The position numbers and the translations under genes were made by a program. Positions 25,818-34,518 of a stretch of 39,145 bases of DNA are shown one piece after another (the first letter of the stretch is position 1; every line of letters starts with the position of its first letter). The DNA is from a virus (Duplodnaviria; Caudoviricetes): positions 1-39,145 of the IMG/VR virus record IMGVR_UViG_3300032305_000737; one strand, given 5' to 3'. A model generated the notes under the pieces. The model was not told the origin of the DNA and did no database searches. It was given only the letters and a program-made list of their open reading frames with translations.

Positions 25818-26708
25818 ATGGCTATTAGAAGTCTTAAGACTGGAGTGTTCAGTCGCAGTCTCCTTGTTGGTAATTCTGCAACAATATTTGTTGACTATTT
25901 AGTAGTCGCGGGCGGTGGTGGCGGTAACGGCACTTCAGGTGGCGGCGGCGGAGCAGGCGGTTTGCGTTCAACCGTAACTGCCACAGGTGGCGGTGGAACT
26001 TTAGAATCACCATTGCCAATTTTAGTTGGTACTTCTTATACCGTAACCATTGGTGCAGGCGGAGTAGGCGGAGCAGCAGAGAGTGGTTCTAATTCTGTAT
26101 TTTCCAGCATAACTTCAACTGGTGGTGGTGCTGGTAAAGGTGGCAATCAAAATGGACTTTCTGGCGGTTCAGGCGGTGGTGGCGGTAACGGCACTACTTC
26201 AGGTGGTGCTGGTACAGCAAATCAAGGTTTTGGTGGTGGTAATGGTAGAGATGGAACAGGCGGAGGTGGTTCTGGTGACCCGTACTCAACAGGCGGAGGC
26301 GGAGGTGCATCAGCCGTTGGTGCAAATGGAACAATTTCAGGCTCAGGTAACGGTGGAGCAGGAGTTTCTGTTTCAATTACTGGTAGTTCCGTAACTTATG
26401 CAGGCGGAGGTGGCGGCGGAGCAGACTCGTTTCGCTTAAATAATTCAGGTGGTACAGGTGGTTCTGGTGGCGGTGGTAACGGCGCACCAAATAATGGTTC
26501 TCTTGGCAACGATGGAACTGCTAACACTGGAGGAGGTGGTGGTGGTGGTGCAAACGGAAGCGCAGGTGGCAATGGTGGTTCAGGTAGAGTAATTATTCGC
26601 ATACCTGGTTCTATTACAGCGGCATCAACAACGGGTTCTCCAACCAGAACTGAAACTGGCGGATACACAATTTATCAATGGACTAGTTCAGGAAGCGTGA
26701 CTTTCTAA
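25818..26708 (+). CDS. Glycine-rich tail protein 2 (paralog of protein 1)
   Basis: Same motif series as 24933..25808. Confidence 0.85.
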   Translation: MAIRSLKTGVFSRSLLVGNSATIFVDYLVVAGGGGGNGTSGGGGGAGGLRSTVTATGGGGTLESPLPILVGTSYTVTIGAGGVGGAAESGSNSVFSSITSTGGGAGKGGNQNGLSGGSGGGGGNGTTSGGAGTANQGFGGGNGRDGTGGGGSGDPYSTGGGGGASAVGANGTISGSGNGGAGVSVSITGSSVTYAGGGGGGADSFRLNNSGGTGGSGGGGNGAPNNGSLGNDGTANTGGGGGGGANGSAGGNGGSGRVIIRIPGSITAASTTGSPTRTETGGYTIYQWTSSGSVTF

Positions 26709-27289
26709 TGGCTGTTATCAGTATTAAAAACAAAACTAAAAGTGGCTCACTGCTAGTTGGTAATGCTCCATTTGAACTTGGTGATTACGAGTCTATTCAA
26801 ACTGTAACAGTTGGCGCTACATCTGTAGAAAGCGTGTCATTTACTAGCATCCCTCAGACTTATCAGCATTTACAGTTACGTTGCTATGTTAAGGTAGACA
26901 GTCCTACTTGGATTCCTTTTAGTGTGAACAATGACACAAACACACAGCGCGCTACACATTTCCTTTCAGGCGGTGGAGCAAGTGTATCGGCTGGGGCGGG
27001 TCTTGGAGCGACAAGCGAAGGAAACTACGCAGCATTGATGGGAGCATCACAGTGGGGAACAATTATTGTAGACGTCTTAGATTATGTCAATACTAATAAG
27101 AACAAAACAACTAGAGCCTTGTCAGGTGTAGATAACAATGGTTCAGGTAATGTGACCCTTACATCTGTCTTGCACGTTACTAACGGAACAACTGCTGTAA
27201 CTTCTGTCAAGTTTGACATTTCTCAGTATGGAAGCGGCGCAAAGTTCGTAGAATACTCATCTTTCGCCCTATACGGAATTAAGGGGTAA
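26708..27289 (+). CDS. Beta-sandwich tail protein, paralog 1
   Basis: FTSIPQTY...LYGIK motifs shared with the next two genes. Confidence 0.75.
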   Translation: MAVISIKNKTKSGSLLVGNAPFELGDYESIQTVTVGATSVESVSFTSIPQTYQHLQLRCYVKVDSPTWIPFSVNNDTNTQRATHFLSGGGASVSAGAGLGATSEGNYAALMGASQWGTIIVDVLDYVNTNKNKTTRALSGVDNNGSGNVTLTSVLHVTNGTTAVTSVKFDISQYGSGAKFVEYSSFALYGIKG

Positions 27290-27292
27290 CAA

Positions 27293-27796
27293 ATGCCAGT
27301 TACATACAAACCAATTGCTACAACTAATGGAACAGGTTCTAGTGGAACAGTTAGTTTTACATCAATACCCGCAACTTATACAGATTTAGTTTTAGTAGGT
27401 TCTATAAGAAGCACCAGTGCAGCATCGGTTATGAGATATCGATTTAACGGTGCAACTACAAATTATTCTGCTACGACTCTTTATGGAACGGGTTCATCTG
27501 CAGAATCTTTTAGAACTACTGGCGAAAGTGGGATATACGGCTTAGGTGGTAGTGGTAACTACACACCTTCAGCGTCAAATACTTTTGCAGTTTTTAATCT
27601 TAATATATTTAATTATGCAAATACAACAACATACAAAACTTCTTTAATGAGAATTGGTGGTTCTGCAAGCGCAGAAACAAATGTTGGATTATGGAGAGCA
27701 AGCCCTGTTGCTATAACTCAAATTGATTTAGTACTTGATTCAGGTTCAATTACTTCTGATTCAACCTTTACTCTTTACGGAATCAAGGCGGCATAA
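27293..27796 (+). CDS. Beta-sandwich tail protein, paralog 2
   Basis: FTSIPATYTDL...LYGIK. Confidence 0.75.
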   Translation: MPVTYKPIATTNGTGSSGTVSFTSIPATYTDLVLVGSIRSTSAASVMRYRFNGATTNYSATTLYGTGSSAESFRTTGESGIYGLGGSGNYTPSASNTFAVFNLNIFNYANTTTYKTSLMRIGGSASAETNVGLWRASPVAITQIDLVLDSGSITSDSTFTLYGIKAA

Positions 27797-28293
27797 TGGC
27801 TACATTTATTAAAATTGCATCCGCAACCGTAGGTTCAGGTGGGGCTAGTAGCATTAACTTTAATTCTATCCCTGGCACCTATACGGATTTAGTATTAAAG
27901 GGAAGTATTAGAACCAATAGTGCTCAGACAGATAACAGTATGAGCCTTAACCTTAACGGTAGCGGTTCAGGGTTTTCATCTCGTTTTGTTTTTGGCAATG
28001 GCTCAAGTGCTGCAAGCGGTACAGGGGCTCTGATTTTGCAAGCAAATGGCGGCACTTCTACTGCTAGCACCTTTAGCAATTTTGAGATTTACCTGCCTAA
28101 TTACACAAGCAGCAACAATAAGTCTTTCTCTAATGATGCTGTGACTGAGAATAACGCGACATCTGCTATTGCGGGATTACTTGCAGGGCTTTGGTCCAAC
28201 ACAGCAGCAGTAACATCTTTATCAGTGGTAGCAAGTACTGGTACTTTTGTGCAGTATTCAACAGCAACACTTTACGGCATATCAAACTCATAA
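27796..28293 (+). CDS. Beta-sandwich tail protein, paralog 3
   Basis: FNSIPGTYTDL...LYGIS. Confidence 0.75.
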   Translation: MATFIKIASATVGSGGASSINFNSIPGTYTDLVLKGSIRTNSAQTDNSMSLNLNGSGSGFSSRFVFGNGSSAASGTGALILQANGGTSTASTFSNFEIYLPNYTSSNNKSFSNDAVTENNATSAIAGLLAGLWSNTAAVTSLSVVASTGTFVQYSTATLYGISNS

Positions 28294-28302
28294 GGAGAAA
28301 CA

Positions 28303-28527
28303 ATGACAACAGCAATCGAAGTAAACTGTGAAACAGGGGAAGTTGTTGAACGCCCTCTAACAACAGAAGAACTAGCACAACGCGAAGTAGATGCAGCAGC
28401 ATACGCTGCAGAACTAGCAGAACGTGAAGCAACAGAAGCAGCAGCACAGGCTGCTAAGGAATCAGCACAGGCTAAGTTAGCAGCACTTGGATTAACCGCC
28501 GAGGAAATTGCTGCACTATCTAAGTGA
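28303..28527 (+). CDS. Putative tail-fibre assembly chaperone
   Basis: EVNCETGEVVERPLT...AKLAALGLTAEEIAAL; AAGGAG RBS. Confidence 0.6.
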   Translation: MTTAIEVNCETGEVVERPLTTEELAQREVDAAAYAAELAEREATEAAAQAAKESAQAKLAALGLTAEEIAALSK

Positions 28528-28535
28528 GGGATGAG

Positions 28536-28910
28536 ATGGCACACTTTGCACAACTAGATGATAACAATGTAGTCACACAGGTAATCGTTGTGGCTAATGA
28601 TGAACTACTTCTTGACGGGGTAGAGAATGAGACTAAGGGCATTATGTTCTGCAAGTCTCTACTAGGTGAAGATACCCGCTGGGTTCAGACATCTTACAAT
28701 AACAACATCCGTAAGAACTATGCTGGCATTGGTTACACATATGACCCAGTTGCTGACCACTTCTTTGCGCCTCAGCCATATCCTTCTTGGACTTTGGATA
28801 GTGACGCCAAGTGGCAGGCGCCTGTACAATATCCAGTAGAAGAGGGTAAGTTCTTTACTTGGGACGAGCCAACTTTATCTTGGGTTGAAGTAACACTACC
28901 AACAGAATAA
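28536..28910 (+). CDS. Conserved phage tail-region protein (MAHFA...)
   Basis: MAHFAQLD...WVQTSYN...YAGIGYTYD...PYPSW; ATG 28536 preferred over GTG 28524. Confidence 0.8.
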   Translation: MAHFAQLDDNNVVTQVIVVANDELLLDGVENETKGIMFCKSLLGEDTRWVQTSYNNNIRKNYAGIGYTYDPVADHFFAPQPYPSWTLDSDAKWQAPVQYPVEEGKFFTWDEPTLSWVEVTLPTE

Positions 28911-28925
28911 TGGAAGCAGGGGACA

Positions 28926-29648
28926 ATGGCTAAAGTAAACAAAGGAACACTAGCACTAGGCTGGTGTGACAACGGCAATACAGATGGCAAGTTTACAGAG
29001 GGTATGGTTTCCATCGCCCTCCAGGCTCCTGCTAATGGTATTGAAATTACACACAGTATGCGAGTGCAAGGTAACCAAATCGGAAGACAGCGCCAAGTAC
29101 TCTTTGATTACTGGGCAGACCAGATTAAAACTGATTGGCTCTTATGGGTCGATTCAGATATTGTAATGGATATCCACGTACTCACTAAAGTATGGGATGC
29201 AGCAGACAAGATTGGTAAGCCAGTAGTAACTGGTACTTACTTTATCTCTAAGCAGAACGAAGGCACACTAGCCCAACCGTTTCCTGCGCTGTTTCACAAC
29301 GTAGATGAACACACACTACGTCACGTACATCCACTACCTGAGAATCAAGTAATACCAGTTGACTCAGCAGGACTTGGATTTACATTGATGCACAAGTCTG
29401 TGATACCAGCACTACGTGCTAAGTACCCAGACCAATCCTTGTTTGCAGAGCAAGAAGGATTAGGCGATAAGTATGTTGGAGAAGACATTGTGTTCTTCCG
29501 CAAACTTAAAGAAGCAGGCATTCCACTATACGCACACACAGGTGCGCTAGTACGACATATGAAACGATTCTCGTTAGACGTAGATTACTACGGTCTCTAC
29601 TGGAGTTGGCAAACATTGAAGAAAGAAATAGAGCAAAACAAACCCTAA
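28926..29648 (+). CDS. GT-A fold (GT2-like) glycosyltransferase
   Basis: WLLWVDSD (DxD), AGLGFTLM, GEDIVFF and a C-terminal H. Confidence 0.8.
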   Translation: MAKVNKGTLALGWCDNGNTDGKFTEGMVSIALQAPANGIEITHSMRVQGNQIGRQRQVLFDYWADQIKTDWLLWVDSDIVMDIHVLTKVWDAADKIGKPVVTGTYFISKQNEGTLAQPFPALFHNVDEHTLRHVHPLPENQVIPVDSAGLGFTLMHKSVIPALRAKYPDQSLFAEQEGLGDKYVGEDIVFFRKLKEAGIPLYAHTGALVRHMKRFSLDVDYYGLYWSWQTLKKEIEQNKP

Positions 29649-29657
29649 GGAGTCTAA

Positions 29658-31904
29658 GTGGCTGGTCGTGATATTACCGAAGGTCGTCCAACGCGAGCCA
29701 TCGCAACTGATATTGGTATCGTTTCCGACGGTGCAATCTGGCAGAACACGGACATTAATTATGATGTAGCAATCGGTGGACTTCCATTCATCTATGCAAT
29801 CAATGATGCACGACCATATGTTAGACAGACAGCACCTTTTCGTAAAGAACAGTTTGATAACCAGACAGAACCAGGAGAGCAATCTCTAACTGGTTGGTGG
29901 ATTCGTTCACAGTCTTCATTCCACGGTGGTACAGGTATTACTTACTTTGACCCACAAACCTCTGACCCATTTGGTCATTATCGTTTTGCAGATAGCAGAG
30001 GTGTAGATGTATGGGAACAAGGCGAAGTCAGATTACTTAAAGATGTAACTAGTGCACATATTACCACTGGACCAGTTGTTGGTACAGACCATCAGCATCC
30101 CGAACAACACACACGCTCTATCCAATGGTCTGGCTGTAATGGAGTATTGCTTCACGATGAGTTTGATGTTGACAAGATATTCCCAGCAATTACTGTATCT
30201 ATCACTAACAAAGCACTTACTACAAATGTAGCAACACTAACAACTGCAACCCCACACGGGTTGACTGTTGGTATGACAATAGTTATTGATGGAGTAGATG
30301 CAACATTTAATGGTACCTACAGAATCACAACTGTGCCTACTACCACTACATTTACTTACGCCAAGGTTGCATCTAACGTAGCCTCTACCGCAGTATCTCC
30401 AGCAGGTTCTGGAGTAACACAAGAAGTTATTCACTTTATTGATTATATTTCTGGCACAGACCGCAAGGTGCACGCCATCTGTGATGACGGAGTTAATGCA
30501 TATTGGATTACTAACAAAACATCAGGTGGGAATCAGCGCCTTACTATGTTTAAGAAGCCATTAACTGGAGACTCAACTACTGGTTCATCTAACCCATCTG
30601 CAACTGGCGATGTAACTCAAATGTTCCAAAGCGGTGACACCGAAATTATTTATGCCACTATGGAGTTTGTAAAAGACCGCATTGTCCTGTGCGTAAACAA
30701 TAAGGTGTACGAACTATCTACATCTGCTACTGCTTTGCCTAGCCCTACCTATACAAACCCTAACACTAACTACCATTACACATCAGTGGCAGCATCTGGT
30801 GCTGCTATCTATACCGCTGGTCACTCAGGCATCTACTCCACAATTCAGAAATACACACTGTCAACTGCTGGTGTTATGCCAACATTGACATCTGCTGTAG
30901 TTGCAGCAGAACTACCTGCTGGTGAGTTTGTTGAAAAATTGTATTACTACTTAGGCTATATGATGATTGGAACCAATAAGGGCATCCGTGCTTCTGTTGT
31001 TTCTGATGTTGATGGTTCGATTAACTATGGACCTTTGATTGTTGAAACAGTCCAACCAGTTTATGACTTTGCCGCACGAGATAGATTTGTATGGGCAACA
31101 ACAGGAATTGGCGTACTTGATGGTGGGTTGACTCGTATTGACTTAGGAACTGAACTAGAACCACTTCGTTTTGCATATGCAAACGACTTACAAATATCTC
31201 AAACTGCACAGCACTACACAACTGCGGTTGCATTTATTGGAACTACTAATCGTCTTGCTTTTGCTACCGCTTTTGATGTAACAGATGGTGCGATATATAT
31301 AGAGCACGCAACTAATTTAGTTCCTACTGGTTACTTAAAGACTGGCAACATTCGATACAACACACTTGAGAAGAAGAACTTTAAGCGACTACTAGGTCGA
31401 GGTAACTTCACCTACGGTTCTATGACACTTGATACTGTTGATGAGAACGGTGTTGAGTATGATGTTATCTCCTACGACGTATCAGTAGGTGCGCCAGAGG
31501 TAACAACCTCATCTCCTGCTGTAGCACAAGAGTACTTGGCTTACAAGTTCATTATGTACAGAGATGGAACAGACCCAAGCAAGGGTCCACAGTTCAAGGG
31601 TTATCAGGCTAAGGCAACGATTGCTACTCCACGTCAACGTGTGATGCAGTTCCCTGTCTATTGCTATGACATTGAGACTGACCGATACAACGTACTACTT
31701 GGATACGAAGGCAGAGCCTTTGACAAGATTCGTTTACTTGAAGACATCGAAGGCAACGGAGATGTTATTACCTGGCAAGACCTAACAACTGGCGAATCTC
31801 GTCAGGCTGTTATCGAACAAGTTACGTTCACCCGTTTGACCCCACCAGACAAGCGCTTTGATGGCTTTGGTGGCGTACTACAAATCACTATCCGTACCGT
31901 ATAA
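29658..31904 (+). CDS. Putative tail nozzle (tail tubular protein B-like, beta-propeller)
   Basis: 748 aa, beta-rich, last structural gene; GTG start with AAGGAG RBS. Confidence 0.6.
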   Translation: MAGRDITEGRPTRAIATDIGIVSDGAIWQNTDINYDVAIGGLPFIYAINDARPYVRQTAPFRKEQFDNQTEPGEQSLTGWWIRSQSSFHGGTGITYFDPQTSDPFGHYRFADSRGVDVWEQGEVRLLKDVTSAHITTGPVVGTDHQHPEQHTRSIQWSGCNGVLLHDEFDVDKIFPAITVSITNKALTTNVATLTTATPHGLTVGMTIVIDGVDATFNGTYRITTVPTTTTFTYAKVASNVASTAVSPAGSGVTQEVIHFIDYISGTDRKVHAICDDGVNAYWITNKTSGGNQRLTMFKKPLTGDSTTGSSNPSATGDVTQMFQSGDTEIIYATMEFVKDRIVLCVNNKVYELSTSATALPSPTYTNPNTNYHYTSVAASGAAIYTAGHSGIYSTIQKYTLSTAGVMPTLTSAVVAAELPAGEFVEKLYYYLGYMMIGTNKGIRASVVSDVDGSINYGPLIVETVQPVYDFAARDRFVWATTGIGVLDGGLTRIDLGTELEPLRFAYANDLQISQTAQHYTTAVAFIGTTNRLAFATAFDVTDGAIYIEHATNLVPTGYLKTGNIRYNTLEKKNFKRLLGRGNFTYGSMTLDTVDENGVEYDVISYDVSVGAPEVTTSSPAVAQEYLAYKFIMYRDGTDPSKGPQFKGYQAKATIATPRQRVMQFPVYCYDIETDRYNVLLGYEGRAFDKIRLLEDIEGNGDVITWQDLTTGESRQAVIEQVTFTRLTPPDKRFDGFGGVLQITIRTV

Positions 31905-31922
31905 CTCTTAGGAGCGCAACCA

Positions 31923-32126
31923 ATGACCGCAGCAAACTGGGCTGGACTAATCGTATCTGTAATCGCAATCGTATCGGCATTTGCTGGTTCGGTAAGATGG
32001 TTAGTTAAGCATTACCTTAGTGAACTTAAGCCCAATTCAGGGTCAAGTATGCGTGATGAGTTGACAGGACTCAAGCACGAGGTAGCCATCATCAAAAACC
32101 TAGTAATCGAACTTGTAAAGAAATGA
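31923..32126 (+). CDS. Membrane protein of the lysis cassette (1 TM plus coiled coil)
   Basis: Hydrophobic N-terminus and PNSGSSMRD motif; directly before the endolysin. Confidence 0.7.
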   Translation: MTAANWAGLIVSVIAIVSAFAGSVRWLVKHYLSELKPNSGSSMRDELTGLKHEVAIIKNLVIELVKK

Positions 32127-32132
32127 GCAACA

Positions 32133-32636
32133 ATGAAACCTGTAGCCAAGAAAGCCACACCTGCCGCTATTGCTGTCCTTCGACAAGCCACAGCGATTTC
32201 GCCATTGCGTATGAAAGCCAGCGATGGTCTTCTGCCGTCGAACGCTCATCTCAAGCAGAGTCCAACGAGCGACCATAACACTGGTCTTGCAGTTGACTTA
32301 ACACACGACCCTAAACACGGCATCGATTGCCTTGACATCTTCGAGAAGTTAAAGGAAGATGCACGAGTTGAGTACCTGATTTTCAAGGGAAAGATTTGGT
32401 CAAAGGCTCGTGCTAAAGAAGGTAACCGAAAGTACACAGGTTCCAACCAGCACAACAAACATCTTCATATTTCTATTAAGCCAGAACTATCCAAGGACAC
32501 AAGCCCTTGGTTCTGGTGGTTGAATCAACCTAAAACTCTTAATCAGGTTATTGCCAGTTTGACCCTAATGCCTGCAAAGAAAGCATATAAGACCGAAGTT
32601 TGCACCTGCTGTAAATTACACGGGGCAAAGTCCTAA
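32133..32636 (+). CDS. Endolysin, M15-like Zn peptidase
   Basis: SDH...AVD...HxxHLH zinc-ligand pattern; flanked by membrane proteins. Confidence 0.75.
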   Translation: MKPVAKKATPAAIAVLRQATAISPLRMKASDGLLPSNAHLKQSPTSDHNTGLAVDLTHDPKHGIDCLDIFEKLKEDARVEYLIFKGKIWSKARAKEGNRKYTGSNQHNKHLHISIKPELSKDTSPWFWWLNQPKTLNQVIASLTLMPAKKAYKTEVCTCCKLHGAKS

Positions 32637-32653
32637 TCCTATAGGAGGATACA

Positions 32654-32839
32654 ATGGAGCAATTCAAACAACTAGCACTATCTTGGTTCCGTGCTGCGGC
32701 GGCTGCCGTAGTCGCCATCTATATGACTGGCGAGACCAACCCAAAGACTCTTGCAGCAGCAGCACTTGCTGGTGTGGCTGGTCCAGTCCTTAAATGGCTA
32801 GACCCATCTGCTACAGAGTTCGGTCGCGGTTCAAAGTAA
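32654..32839 (+). CDS. Holin
   Basis: 61 aa with two hydrophobic helices and a charged C-terminus; AGGAGG RBS. Confidence 0.7.
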   Translation: MEQFKQLALSWFRAAAAAVVAIYMTGETNPKTLAAAALAGVAGPVLKWLDPSATEFGRGSK

Positions 32840-32878
32840 TACCCTTCATACGCCTTCCAAGGCGGTTTTAAGACACTT

Positions 32879-32922
32879 AGACCCTCAGGTCATAGGATTA
32901 CCTATGGCTTGGGGGTCTTTTT
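32879..32922 (+). terminator. Rho-independent terminator
   Basis: agaccctcaggtcatagg-atta-cctatggcttgggggtct followed by a T-run; ends the late operon. Confidence 0.85.
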
Positions 32923-32957
32923 GTCATTTCTGTAGGGTCATTGGTGTGTCGTAATAC

Positions 32958-32985
32958 TTGCGTTCAGGTCAGATGTGTGTATACT
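32958..32985 (+). promoter_or_regulatory. Putative SigA promoter of the replication operon
   Basis: TTGCGT-16-TATACT. Confidence 0.5.
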
Positions 32986-33073
32986 TAGATTATTAATTAT
33001 TAATTTAATTAATATAAGGCGCGGAGCGCCAATATTATATATATAATTATATATAATATATAACTAAATAGAT

Positions 33074-33148
33074 TTACATAGTTCTCCCTTGTTGAGTACC
33101 CTCCTGTCCTCTAAGGGAGGACTATGTAACAACTTTCAGACAGGAGAA
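33074..33148 (+). promoter_or_regulatory. Predicted RBS-sequestering pseudoknot
   Basis: 17-bp stem 33074-33090/33113-33129; loop CTCCTGTC (33101-33108) is complementary to GACAGGAG (33139-33146). Confidence 0.55.
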
Positions 33149-33152
33149 GTCG

Positions 33153-33338
33153 ATGATTAAATTGGACAGTTATGAACTGCCAGCACATATATCCTACTCA
33201 GCATTTACCACTTACCTAACCTGTGGATATCAGTACTACCTAGGTAGATTACTTCAAGTACCAGAGGAACCATCTATCTGGTCAGCAGGTGGACGAGCAT
33301 TCCACTATGCAGCAGAGTTGTATGACTATGACAATTAA
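33153..33338 (+). CDS. Cas4/RecB-like PD-(D/E)XK exonuclease, N-terminal part
   Basis: HISYSAFTTYLTCGYQYYL...GRAFHYAAE matches the S.S....C...Y...G...H N-terminus of the family. Confidence 0.8.
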   Translation: MIKLDSYELPAHISYSAFTTYLTCGYQYYLGRLLQVPEEPSIWSAGGRAFHYAAELYDYDN

Positions 33339-33930
33339 CCCATTATGGGAACAAGCGTGGCGGAAAGAGACCGAAGGTCTTGACTTTGCTAACGCACGAG
33401 TAGCAGGACGAGCAACTAAAATCAACCCTAACAAGGAAGATGCTGCTTGGTGGTACGAACAAGGTTCCATATGGACTGACAACTACATCCTATGGCGCAA
33501 GAACAACCCTAACTGGAAACTTTGGACAACACCTCAGGGTGCCAAGGCTATTGAGTTAGAGTTGAACCCAGTTATCTGTGGAGTACCAGTGAAGATGTTC
33601 ATTGACAGAATCTTTGAGGTCGACGGTAAGTTAGTTATCGTTGACTTGAAGACCTCTCGTGCACGTCCTCAGTCTGACCTTCAGTTGGGCTTCTACAAAA
33701 TAGGAGTCGAGATGATGCTGGGAGTGGAAGTCAATCTAGGAAACTACTGGATGTCTCGTGAGTCTGGGACAGGAGAGATGATTGACCTAAGTAGATATAC
33801 CTTAGACACGCTTGAATACTTTGTTGATGGCTTTGACAAAGCACGTAAGGCTGGTATATTTCTACCGAACCTACAATCGTGCAATTTCTGTGGACTCACA
33901 GAACATTGCCAATTCACGAAGGAAAAATAA
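33322..33930 (+). CDS. Cas4/RecB-like PD-(D/E)XK exonuclease, catalytic part
   Basis: E...IDRI...IVDLKT, QLGFY and CNFCGLTEHC; start at ATG 33322 or 33328 is uncertain. Confidence 0.85.
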   Translation: MTMTINPLWEQAWRKETEGLDFANARVAGRATKINPNKEDAAWWYEQGSIWTDNYILWRKNNPNWKLWTTPQGAKAIELELNPVICGVPVKMFIDRIFEVDGKLVIVDLKTSRARPQSDLQLGFYKIGVEMMLGVEVNLGNYWMSRESGTGEMIDLSRYTLDTLEYFVDGFDKARKAGIFLPNLQSCNFCGLTEHCQFTKEK

Positions 33931-34050
33931 ATGCACAAAGTAAGCACACTATCAGCACAAGATGTGTTGGTTGCACTTGAAATGAAAATCATTACACAAG
34001 ATGAAGCACGCGAAGCACTTGGCTTTGCAGTTACTAAGGAGGATAAGTAA
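33931..34050 (+). CDS. 39-aa hypothetical protein
   Basis: MHKVSTLSAQDVLVALEMKIITQDEAREALGFAVTKEDK; AAGGA RBS; TAATG coupling. Confidence 0.65.
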   Translation: MHKVSTLSAQDVLVALEMKIITQDEAREALGFAVTKEDK

Positions 34051-34433
34051 TGGCAGAAGATTGGAAGTTACAGGTCTCTTACAAGACCAATGGTGGGGAT
34101 ATGATAAATGTCCGTGCAAACACCGCAGATGAACTTAGCGTATTGCTAGAGGGAATCTCTGATTATTCAACACAGATTGCAGCAACAGGAAGAATGCTTA
34201 ATGGTGCAGGTGTGGCAGCCCCTTTGGCAACGCCTACTTCAACTCCCGCGCAGCCAGCAACTCCTACCTTCGTAACCGCCCCGACAGCGGAAGCATCAGG
34301 TACCACCCCAACGTGTCTACACGGGGAGCGAAAGTTCCTATCGGGAATCTCGAAGAAGAACGGCAAGCCGTATCGGATGTGGGTATGTCAGCAACCACAA
34401 GACCAAGGGCAATGCTCACCAGTCAATGGTTAG
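34050..34433 (+). CDS. Protein with Pro/Ala linker and C-terminal Zn-binding domain (possible ssDNA binding)
   Basis: CLHG...GKPYRMWVC...QC resembles a GRF-type zinc finger; lies between the nuclease and helicase genes. Confidence 0.6.
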   Translation: MAEDWKLQVSYKTNGGDMINVRANTADELSVLLEGISDYSTQIAATGRMLNGAGVAAPLATPTSTPAQPATPTFVTAPTAEASGTTPTCLHGERKFLSGISKKNGKPYRMWVCQQPQDQGQCSPVNG

Positions 34434-34452
34434 ACATTGACATAAACTAGAA

Positions 34453-34499
34453 TTGGTAGAGGGGTATTTATTAGGGGAAGATATCTACCCCTCTTCCAA
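34453..34499 (+). promoter_or_regulatory. Long hairpin before the helicase RBS
   Basis: ttggtagaggggta/tacccctcttccaa (13 of 14 paired), followed by GACAGGAGAA at 34505-34514. Confidence 0.55.
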
Positions 34500-34518
34500 C
34501 TTAAGACAGGAGAATTAA

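Noticed and set aside
23640-26700. CRISPR array or DGR in the repetitive tail region
   Set aside because: The repeats are degenerate codon-level Ala/Ser/Gly repeats. No fixed repeat-spacer period, reverse transcriptase or TR/VR pair was seen.
33153-33930. CRISPR-associated cas4
   Set aside because: No cas1 or array; solo Cas4-like exonucleases are common in phage replication modules.
34437-34465. TTGACA promoter before the helicase
   Set aside because: No acceptable -10 hexamer at 16-18 nt spacing.
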